Assembly: GCF_037042905.1 (NCBI RefSeq)
Contig: NC_087245.1
Location: 33,854,001-33,918,000, forward strand
Direction: 5' to 3'
DNA from: Lytechinus pictus
Lineage: Eukaryota
Length of the DNA: 64,000 nucleotides
In this document: positions 49,394-60,500 of the stretch, piece by piece
Layout of the letters: the number at the start of each line of letters is the position of its first letter
Numbering within the stretch: the stretch's first letter is position 1
Made by a program: the position numbers and the translations under genes
The notes under the pieces: model-generated
Seen by the model: the letters and a program-made list of their open reading frames with translations, nothing else
Database searches by the model: none
What the model was told of the DNA's origin: nothing

Positions 49394-49490
49394 CTGAAAA
49401 TTCGACGATTTCACCTTTGACTGAGTCAAGTTTCAAGGCAATAGAAAGTATCCACAGGATACGAAAGCAATAAAAATGAAAATGCATCAT
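49394..49490 (-). CDS. GPCR exon 1 (signal peptide)
   Basis: MMHFHFYCFRILWILSIALKLDSVKGEIVEFS then G|gtaagt. 97 nt, phase 1, matching exon 2. Total protein ~914 aa. Confidence 0.75.
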
Positions 49491-52400
49491 GAAAATGTTC
49501 AGTCAAACTGCATGGAAAGCAGAAAGCCAATCACACACTCAAAATAGATCATGAAAAACGAAGAACGCTTCTCCCTGTGTCAAAAGTCTCCTGAATCAAT
49601 TGACTATCTTAGAAAGAGTGTATTAGCTGTTACATTTAACAATCAGTCTCTGATGATGGTGATCAAAGTGATGATGTCAACGATGAAAATCCTATGACAG
49701 ATTAAGATTTTTAAAAACGAAAAACAATCACATATTATAAGTTCAGATCTTGATGGTTCCCTTCCTCGCCAAAATGATAATCTCTGTTCAGCTTTCCGCA
49801 TTCAATAATATTATTCTCATTCTTCGATTCTACTCGGAATAAATCATCTCGAACCACTCCATGGAAAATCATTGCCAACTTCAGTCGGAGAAGTCTGATT
49901 GGCTAGCACTTGATTAAAAATTTATCCTTAAAATTTGTTTTAAATCGTTTGAAATTATCGCTCTTTATTTGTTCTTAGTTTTTTTTTTTTGGGGGGGTAG
50001 TCTGACTCGATGACAATTGGAGGTAGATCCTCAGAGTTTAAGGAATCGTTTAGAAGAATGGTACTGAGGATGATATTGATGATCTGTATATCTCCACTTA
50101 TCTCTTTTATCAGAAACCCTATGCGTTATCGAAGTGACTGTCATGAACGAAAGCTATTCGTGGAGCTGATATCAATTAAATTAAATTAAATATTATACAC
50201 GCGTCCTTGTGGCCTCATTTTTTGGTAATGGACTCTTAACCAGACAACTCTACCTTATTAGATAATGACTGAACAATTAGATTTCAGTCGTTAAATGCAT
50301 TTCCCCCGATACAGACACAAGATTTAATGGTAAAGGATTACGACTCTCCTCTGCTCGCAGTTAAAGAAGATAATGACGTTGAAATGAAATGTAATCGAAG
50401 CTGAGATGCATATATACTCTTCCAATAATGATCGATGTTCATCGGGTCAAGCACGCGAACCTTGTGACAGACTGAAAGGGTGTGTATGGTTGTATTACCG
50501 AACTTCGTCGGTTGTCAGCAGGTGTCGGCAGATTTAGACAGTTTTCTCGTGGATGGGGGGATGGCCATGCGTAATATCACAATTTGATTTTCATTTAATG
50601 TTTTTTGTACATGATTACTAAACAGATTTGGAAACTGAAGCTCCTCCCCCACCCCTTGTTCCGCGGCTCCTGGTAAGATGAAGATTTAAACAAAACGGGC
50701 AGGTTCAGTACAAGGTAGATAAATTCATATCAGAACAAGTTGATTGACAGCTTGACAGGTATCCAAAGGCTTGTAAAGGTATCAGAGGATATCAACCGTT
50801 GTAAATGAAGATTTTGGACAACTTGAATGTCCAACTTTTGTGCAAATTTGTTTCTTAGATTGACAATAATCTAGTTCGTGTTGATCAATAATAGGTCGAA
50901 CAGTGTGTTATTTTACATTTACATTTTATGAAAATATATTGACGTCAATTGGATTGACGAATCACGGTGTTTGGCTCTCAGTTTGGCTGCTTATCAGGCG
51001 TCCGACAGTTGGCATTTGGAAATAAAGAAATGGACGCTGGAATTCACCTATCAAATTTACTCTATTGAGTTCTGGAACGGATCGTTCTTCACAAACTCAC
51101 TTACTAAAAAGAAGATTTATATTACCTTATCATACGTCACTTATAAATCTGTGTCCTTCATAATGAAATAGAGCACAGGGGTAGCTAACACGTGGAATAA
51201 CAAGGTATTTCATATGGGAGGAAAAATAAGTGTGTCATCTTCTGAAGATAGCACTACATATAAGTTCTTTCGAGTTATTAAAACTGACAGAGAAATCCCT
51301 TTTTTGACAAATACATGTTACCGAAAATGCCAGCAAACAAACTCACTTATACTTAACAAACCGTGTAATGGAATTATAGAAATCCAAAGCCTTAGTGAAA
51401 GAACAGTCCTCTTTGATTTCGTATCACCTCTCCCCAACGCTTCGAAGTTTAATTCAGCAGAGATTTAACATCTTTGGCGATAGGGCTGTCACCGTTTATT
51501 AATACTAATATCGATTTCGTGATCCAATTTACCGAGCTCTCATTTGTATAACGACTGAACTGACGGTGGAATTAAATACGATTAGTTGAAACCTACAGGT
51601 CTTTATTACTTTATTATTTGCTACTTGACAATCATATACATGTAGTTATACATGTGTATAGAATACAGAATATTCTTGATATATAGGCATTTACTGCTAG
51701 ATCGATTGTTCTGTCTTTTCCTAAAAGTTATGGTCGGATGATTATTATTATTTTTTGTTAGGGGAGGGGTGGGCAAACAAAGATGCCAAGGTGTGAGATA
51801 GGAAAGCTTTTCTGTTAAACATTATAGTAAAATTTTCAAAAACTGTTTAAAAAATCTGTTACGTCATGGGTGGATGAGTTTAACAAAGGTGTCAAATCTA
51901 CCTATGTTGCAAGAGGACTGCATCAGTTTGATCATGATGTTAGTTCAAACAGTTTTAATACATTCTGTTTGTTATTTCAACACTATTTTATTTTATACAG
52001 TGGTTAGCCCCCCCCCCCCTTAGGAGTGACAGGGCGCAACATGTTGTGTATTGCAAAATGTTTAAACTCCATGGAGCTAATTTAACACCTGACCATGTGG
52101 TGTCTTGGAACACCGAGTGTTTCTCTTAACACCGCACTTTCCTTTTCTTAATCTCTTTACCAAATTTATGTGTTCTCTTCTATTTGCCCTATATTTCGAT
52201 CTGTAATGGGAATAAACTCATTTTACTAGTAAACCAAAGCTTATCAGCTGCCGACATATAGCGTAATATTTGATTTTGCCTATATTAGGCCTACCCAAAC
52301 CAATTAAATTGTCACTTTTCAAATTTATCACGATATCAACTCAAAATCACACAGTTTTTTAATGAAAGATATTGATGGGTCCTACATGTATGTGTATCGT

Positions 52401-52959
52401 GATGCGGGTATGGGTTGGTGACTTCCGCGGTATTTGACTTTATTTGTTGCGACATAAAAAGGGCGTCTTCCACACGATACGGTTTAATTTCCTGGTATAT
52501 AGAGCGAGTCATGAAAAGCAAAAACCACTATCTACATGCACATTTGTAATGGTAGGGCTATATAAACTTTAATTTTGTTTGTTGGAAATGGTAAAGCAAT
52601 GGCTTATATCACTTTCTAAAATACGTAAGTTAGGTATTCATTATAATGGTTGATGCCGTGATATATCTGTTTATTCCGTTTAGAACTTCATCATATCGAA
52701 GTGCTAAATCGGCGCTTTCTGTTATATCAGAAACTCGGTTTATGAGTTTGGTTCTCAGACATGTTTAAACAGTGCTTTACATTTTAAAAAATTATATAAA
52801 AGGCTTCGTGAACAACCAATTCTGTCGAAGACCCTTCTTACTTAGCATTTGGCAAGGTCTAAAAAAAATGAGGAAAGGGGGGAGAGGGAAAATGAGAAAA
52901 ATAGATAAAGATGAAAAAGAAAACGGTAGGAAACAACCGTAATTGTGGTTGGTTTAGCA

Positions 52960-53085
52960 AGTGTGCGCCTAACAGGCTTCTTGAAATGCTATGAATCCAG
53001 TGACCGGGTAATAATAATTGTGAAGCGCTTTGAATAGTCGTAGATTGATAAAGCGCTATATAAATGTCAATTATTATTATTATTA
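52960..53085 (+). mobile_element. SINE/L2-type 3' tail fragment
   Basis: TGTGAAGCGCTTTGA...AAAGCGCTATATAAAT followed by (ATT)n. Confidence 0.6.
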
Positions 53086-53246
53086 AAAAGGGAGATAGAG
53101 AGAGAGAGCGAGGGAGATAGAAAGGAAGAACATTGACAAAGTGGAAAGAGGGCAACTTGATCTTAACCTTACAGTGTGCCGAATTTATATCCAACCAGTT
53201 GGGGCGCCGAATCAACAGTTTTCATGAGGCAGTTTGATGTATAGTG

Positions 53247-53564
53247 ACTGATGACATCATCAACTCACTATTTATTTGGTTCAGTCAGGTAGGTCCTTAT
53301 TGTCAAATTTGTTTAAAAAATTGAAATATTGTATCATTCAAACAATAAAAAAACAAATTAAATAGTGAGTGAGGGACATCATCAACTATCTCATTTGCAG
53401 GTCACTGCAGTGGTGCATATAACTACTTTGTGAGAAATAAGCGAAACCTTAAAATGTCATAACTTTCTTATTTTAAATCCGATTTGGATGAACTTGTCAG
53501 TGTTATGTTTGTTGGATTTTTTACTTTGAATCAAATCACCATTTTTGTGGGATGGACTTGACCT
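53247..53564. mobile_element. Kolobok-like MITE, partial right part (third copy)
   Basis: Matches the right half of 7240-7842. Ends TGGACTTGACCT|TTAA. Confidence 0.72.
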
Positions 53565-56500
53565 TTAAATACTTTCTAACTGCAGCACCGGGGGCTCATT
53601 TTGGGTGCAACTTTGCGCCTGCAGGAGAAGTATTGTGCACCTCTAATGGTGCAGAGTTGCGCTCTTAAGGAATGGTGCGAAATATGCACCTCTGAATGCA
53701 AACCTTTTAGGTCCAAATGAATTAGGTCCCCTTGAATTCTGGTAGGTGTTAAAAAATGGGAATATGTAACAAAAAATGACTTATGTTTTGTAGTGAACCC
53801 CCCCCCCCTTTTTTTTTTTGCCTGTAAAATTTTTCGGGAACAGAATAAGCTTCATTTTGAAGTGAAACTTTGTTATGACCTTCATTTTGTAGTGAAACCC
53901 TATTCCCAGGGCCCTGCCTGACAGCCGCTACCTTCATTTCTTTCTTCGAGAATTTGAACGTGAGAGTAACAAAAGAACCAATGTCAGAATTCAGAATTTG
54001 ACAAAATAAGAGAAAACATTGTAATTTGTAAGTTCTTTCAAAGGGACGATAAGGAGATCCGAAACTTGCTTCCAACTAATGCAAAGCTCAACGTGAAGGA
54101 CGACAGGGCAAACCTATGTCACACATAGATCATTTATTCCCAATTTTCTTAAATTGATCTAACGCTGACAAGTTTGACAGAGTCAGGGGAATTTCATAAC
54201 ATGTAGCAATATTCTGCTTTGTGTGTTGGTAATCCATGGATATTTAGCTAGCGCTAGTCATAAATTTAGCAACGGGAAATTGAGCACGAGCTCCGTTGTC
54301 CGTTCGCAAACATTTCAGAAAATTAACGTCCACTTCAGAAATGAATACCGCCACCACAAGATGTGGCGCCTGTCATTGTTACCATGGTTTCAAGCCAAGG
54401 ACTTTCATGGTTACCTCAACCCTATATAATTATCACGACTGCAGACCGTACAAGTACTGCAGTTTGTTGATCATCCATCTTTCTTTTTTAAAAATTTATC
54501 TTTATTTTTTTCCTCGTCTTTTTGTTATTTTTATTCTTATTCTATTTTTTTCTTTGGGTTTGTTTCGACATTTAATAGTTACACAATATAAGACAAATTA
54601 CACAATGTAACGCATATTATTGTTTTGCATCCTGTCTAATATTGTAGTTTTAATGCATTGTCGTTTTCGAATTTGCTTCATGTTTATTTTTATTTTTGAT
54701 TTTTGTTTTTACATTTGACCTTCATACATTAGTTTGCTTGTTCGTTGCTTGCTTTTGGGGGTGTGATAATTATTATTTGATGGTTATCTGTATTTGTGAT
54801 TAATGATAATCGATGCAAAATTCCTTACGGGGGGTCGAACCATTAATAGAAACACTTATTTCTATGATTAGTAGTAGATTTTCAGTAAGCGTAATTGACT
54901 TTCTAGGCAGCAACCCGAAAACGACTTAAAGTTCATTTCAAATTTATTATGCCATTTTAACAATTTTTTATATTTTGCTAGAATCCTGAAGCAAAGCCAA
55001 AAAAGGGCACTTATTCGCCAAAAAGGGCATTTTGGTGCAAACGGATATTTTCACCAAGAGATTATCATCTGTGTGAAGAAGTTGTGTGTTTTGTAGTAAT
55101 TAAGTTGAGCAAAAAGTTGTTTTGTTTTTTATGATTTGTATTGATAAGATACATATTTAGGTTTTATTTTTCGCGAGCGAGCGGTTTGGATTAATTTTCA
55201 AATCTGAAATTGTAAAACTCGCTTTTTTGTCAATAATGGACCTAATTACTTGTTAAAAGGGCATCCTTGCGAGATGTTGCGAGCCGCGAATCACGAGCTC
55301 AAACTTTTGGAAATTTCATGTAATGAGACATCAATAGTAAACATTCTGAGCACTTTTTGAAATCATGAAAAAGGGATGTGAATCTATCTGAAGAATTAAA
55401 TTTTCAATATACTGACCAGAAAAGGAACCTTTTAAAGACTGTATTTAGGGACTCATGAATAGGATACGGGCTACATATCTCACCAATTGAATAATGCGAG
55501 CGCGAAGCGCGAGCTGAAAATTTGTGACAATCTAACCACAAAACTGGACATTCTATGCATTTTATTTAACCAAGAACAGAATGAATACCTTAATAAACAA
55601 TACTTGGTGCGAGCGCAAACACCGGCCAAAAATGTGAAATATTCCAACTTGATAAATGGGCATTCTAAGCATTTATGTATGAATAGGATAAGTATTTTAC
55701 TAAACAATTATTGATGCAAGCGCCCCCCCCCCCCGGTTCCGCCGCCCCCGCAAGATGGCATCGAAAGTGGCCTCACGTAAGTTGACTCCAAAAATCTGGC
55801 AGAAACTACTGAAGCTAACAAGGAAAAATTGATTGTGACAAGATCGTTTTATATCATATATTCCATATTTAACGAACGATTACGCTTATACTATTTACAG
55901 AAAATATAATCCTTTATATTCCAAAACCTTTAAAAAAATATGTTTGCTTTAGGCAGTATATAAAACATTTGAATAAAAATTATTACTACTGTAGATGGCT
56001 TTATATTTAAAAAAAAATGATTTCATGAATTTGCTTGATACTACGCGACTGGTAATGTTGCTAGTAATTGACAAATAACTTCATGAGAATAATAAGATAA
56101 TCAATCAAACCTTGGATTAAATTGTATAACCAGTCGCTGATCAAGACTTTTTAAAGGGGTGCATTTTATTCCCAAAATTTGACAAGCAAAAAAAAGGAAC
56201 TTCAAAGGTAATCACTTACAAGTCATGAAGGGCATTGGATCTCCTGTTAAAACTGATGAGCAAAAAAAAGAGGGAGGGGGGTCATGACTCCAAAATAAAG
56301 GAACATTTTGGGGGGTGGGGATTTTACGATCGAGGTGCACCATCACCGTCTACCCCCTTGGATCTGCGCCTGGTAACATGTTTTAGCTAACTTGAAAGCA
56401 ATGGTGTTTTCAGTAACAAAATTATAAGGTGTCAAAGTTTCAGGGATCAAAAATATATCCTTTTACACGTGGATACGAGCCGATCGAGGACTCAGGGGGT

Positions 56501-56887
56501 ACCGGGGGAGGTGCGGAACTAAACGTGGTATGGGGGTGTGCACATCTTGGGGAGGTGGAACTAAAATGTTTGGAAAAGCAGCTGTAGAAAGCAGAAGAAG
56601 GTACGAATTTCGTTTTGCTTGCCTGTATCGGAACTCCTCTGCCTCAGCTGGAGGATGCACGGACATCACCCCCTCTCCCAGCCTACGACCTTGAGGGGGG
56701 AGGCATGACAAAAATATTCACTGGGGCACGGGGCAATGCTCCAAAGAGCCTTGGAAAATCCCCATTCAGCTTATCAAAATATTGCAGATTTAGCCCCAGA
56801 AATAAAGGATAATTACACCTAAAATATACTATCCAAAGTCATAAGAAGGGGATGAAGGGATAGCAGAGATTCTTCGTTTTATCTAGA

Positions 56888-59361
56888 ATGCACTGCAGGG
56901 AGCACTTTTTGAGAGGAGCGCCAGTTGGTTCCGAAGGGAGTGCGCACAAGTCGGGATCGATGACTGAAGAAAATTTCTTGAAGTTTCTACAACACTTTGT
57001 GAAGTATGTGAAACCTACTCCGGCCGATCCAGTTCTTCTGCTCTTAGACAACCATGACTCTCATCTGGCAATATCTGTATTTGACTATGCTTCTGACAAC
57101 GGTATCGTCATGCTTTCCTTCCCACCTCACTGCTCCCATAGACTTCAGCCTTTAGACTTGTCTGTGTTTGGGCCGTTGAAATCTCGTGTAGCACAGGAAC
57201 AGGCGATCTGGTTAAGGAATAATTCTGGCAAGACCATGACAATCTATGACATTCCAAGTATTCTTCATGATGCATGGAAGGACGCGTTGTCAATGAGAAA
57301 CATCATCTCAGGTTTCGAGAAGGCTGGAATTTTCCCCTTTAATCCTGACGTGTTCACTGATGTTGACTTTGCCCCCTCGATTGTTACAGATCGTCCTGAC
57401 CCCGCCCTCTCAGCTCAAAGAGATAGAGCCAAAGATCCTGCACCTACCAGTGTGTCTGCTTCTCCTCTTGAAAGGCAACTCCAAACTTCTTCCAACCCTC
57501 ATATTCCGTGTGCAAAGGTAGTGGATACGCTACCAGGTGACATTGTTGAAGTGAATGGTGAATATTCACTCCGTAACAGTGGTTATGAAGTCAGCAGGTT
57601 GTTGGCCTATGTACCACCATCATGACATGTGCAAGGAACTTGTCAGGGAAGTTTCCTTAAACCGGTCGTATTATGATAAGTTTTCCACTAAAGTCAACGT
57701 TGTGGAGGAAGTAAATGACTATGTCTACAGGAGGAAATACAACACAAACACTGGTGATATCATCTTGACAGCCCTGTGCAACGCTTTTGGTTTAACTGCC
57801 AACGTGTATCAGACATTGGAAGCACCAGCTCGAGGTTATCGCAAGATTCGGATGTCGCCTGGACGTGAGGCGGTTACCTCCAAAACCGTCATCAACCTTC
57901 TCCGAAACGGCGTAGGATTTGGCTCGCACTATTCGGCCATCGTGATTCCTACATGCTGATGCGCACGAAAAAGACGGAGCCATGTCGCCTCCAGGGACAA
58001 GTCCTGCTAACATAGCGGATGAGATGTTACAATATGCTTCTGCTCATATCTCGGATAAGACGCCACAATCTGCTTCTTCTCACATGTCGGATGAGACGCC
58101 ACAATCTGCTTCTACTCCCATCTCGGATGAGAGGCCACCGTTTACAGAGACATCTGCTGCTCCTCGCATCTCGGATGAGACGGCTCCACCTCCAGATACA
58201 AGTTCTGCTCGCATCTCTTATGAGACACCATAATCTGCTTCTACTCGCAACTCGGATGATACGCCACAATCTGCTTCTACTCGCATCTCGGATGAGACGC
58301 CAAACTCTGCTTCTACTCCCATCTCAGATGAGAGGCCACTGTCTACAAAGACATCTGCTGCTACTCGCATCTCGGATGAGACGGCTCCACCTCCAGATAG
58401 TTCTGCTCGCATCTGATGAGACACCACAATCTGCTTCTACTCGCATCTCGGATGAGACGCCACAATCTGCTTCTACTCGCATCTCGGATGAGACGCCAAA
58501 CTCTGCTTCTACTCCCATCTCAGATGAGAGGCCACTGTCTACAAAGACATCTGCTGCTACTCGCATCTCGGATGAGACGGATCCACCTCCAAATAGTTCT
58601 GCTCGCATCTGATGAGACACCACAATCTGCTTCTACTCGCATCTCGGATGAGACGCCACAATCTGCTTCTACTCGCATCTCGGATGAGACGCCAAACTCT
58701 GCTTCTACTCCCATCTAAGATGAGAGGACACCGTCTACAAAGACATCTGCTGCTACTCGCATCTCGGATGAGACGGCTCCACCTCCAGATACAAGTTCTG
58801 CTCGCATCGTGGATGAGACACCATCGTCTTTAGAGACATCTGCTTGTGCTGCTCTTCGGACATCTGGTGCCTTCACACCAACAGGAAGCTACGATGTATC
58901 GCCTCAGAGAGCAGGGCGTCCCGCATCGCCTTCTTTTTCCCCTGAGATAGTTCAGCCTCACCCAAGAGCACCCCAAAGATCTAAAAAGGCAACTGGCAGA
59001 AAGAGGAGTACTGCAATACTTACTGACACCCCGGAGAAGCGAATGTTACGCGAGGAAAAGCAAAGACGGGTGGAAAAGAAGACCAAGAACGGTCTCTAAA
59101 ACGAATAGAAAAACTACCCCAAAAAAAGAAGACTGGAAAGAAGACAGTTACAAAGAAGCAACTAGCGAAGCGTACGCTAGAGGAAGAATTTCTAAAAAAA
59201 AGGACGACTGGGAATGCGTTGTCTGCGCTGGACTTTGGTCCCAGAGCCGGCCAGGAGAGCCATGGCTGGTGTGCCGTGCGTGCCGTAAATGGGCCCATGA
59301 AGAGTGCGCAGGGGTTAATGATAATTACCTCTGCCATGATTGCAATGATTCAGATTCGTAG
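56888..59361 (+). pseudogene. pogo/Tigger-family (DDE_1) transposase remnant: partial DDE, OTU-like segment, S/T/P-rich repeat, basic region, PHD finger
   Basis: LLLLDNHDSHL, FPPHCSHRLQPLDLSVFGPLK, IISGFEKAGIFPFNP; SPEIVQPHPRA...ILTDTPEK; C-terminal WECVVC...WLVCRACRKWAHEECAG..YLCHDC. Frameshifted; HTH and first catalytic Asp absent. Confidence 0.85.
58017..58830 (+). repeat. 36-bp minisatellite (SDETPQSASTRI) organised in a ~196-bp higher-order repeat
   Basis: Unit TCGGATGAGACGCCACAATCTGCTTCTACTCGCATC. Higher-order anchor ATCTGATGAGACACCAC at 58411 and 58607. Confidence 0.92.
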
Positions 59362-60237
59362 TTTATTCACTAGGGTTGTGCGTACATGATTTTTCTGGCG
59401 TTTTAAGGAAGAACAAGGCATTTATAATCACTCATTCAAAGTTGTGACAAATGGCCTGAAGAGTCTTATTGACTGTAGTTCACTGAAATTGATTTCCACT
59501 GTTACGAATATATAGTGATAATAGAATGATTCAGATTCGAAGTATATTCGTTAATCACAATTAAATATTTATGTGAACATGTCGTTTTTCCGGTGCTTTA
59601 AGTCCTAAATAATCACTCATTCAAAGTTGTTGTAAATGGCCTGAAGATGGCCTGCTTTTGACTGTAGTTCACTGATCTTTTTTTTCAAAAAGACTTTAAC
59701 TGTTATAAATCCAGTGTTACTATACATGTAGTGATTCAGATTCCGAGTACATTCGTTAATTAGCATTAAAAATTTTAAAAGTTTTTGTTATAACTTGCCG
59801 GTTTTCTGGTGTTAAAGGACCCCAGTTTAAGGAGGCACCACAAGGCCTATCAAGACTTTTTACATACTCTATGATAATTTATTTGCCACAAAATTTTAAT
59901 GGGTTAGGCTTATTATACTCGTTCAATTTTTAGGCAAATTGCCTAAAGATCCTTGCTATTGACTAGTTCTTTTTCTTGTATTCCAAAGTGAATTTTTGTA
60001 GAAAGTGTTACCTCTTACTTCTAGACTGGTCTTAAAATTCAAGTGCAATGTGGGTTAAAGCTTAGCCTTACGAAGGATTTGGTCAGCAGTATATTTTTAT
60101 TTATTTATTTTGTATTTTCAATTTATGAAATTTTCAATTGAATTATTTTCGTTCTATGTGAGAACAACGAGTTTTCTGGTTTGTTGTTAATAAAGCAGTT
60201 ACAGAATTGAATAAAATTGTATAGTTTATTTCTTTGG

Positions 60238-60500
60238 CGAACTTGCCCCGTCATAGGCGCATTTACCCCGGGGGGTAGGTGAACCTGCCCCGACACGGGG
60301 CAGGTTCACCTACTTCGAAAATTTTCATTCAACATTGAATTCCTAAAAAAAAGTGATAGGTAATAGGGTTGAAGTGATGCTGTAATTTAGCCAAGAGTCA
60401 TAGCTATCTAATGAAGACATTTGGGCACTATGTTGACTTGTAATTTGGACTGTACGGCGACTTTAGTAAAAAGGGGGCGAACTAGCCCCGGTCTCCCCCT
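60238..60500 (+). repeat. Right end of the pogo-like element with subterminal repeats
   Basis: AACTTGCCCCG, ATTTACCCCG, AACCTGCCCCG and inverted GGGGCAGGTT, ending AACTAGCCCCGGTCTCCCCCT. Confidence 0.6.

Noticed and set aside
56494..56510. Left TIR of the pogo-like element (AGGGGGTACCGGGG)
   Set aside because: Only a weak G-rich match to the right end, with no TA TSD, and the HTH region is missing.
58017..58830. CRISPR-like array of 36-bp repeats
   Set aside because: Units are contiguous with no unique spacers, they sit within a eukaryotic transposase, and there are no cas genes.
58019..58833. Several overlapping ORFs (MRHHNLLLL..., MVSHQMRAE...)
   Set aside because: Alternative-frame and antisense readings of the minisatellite.
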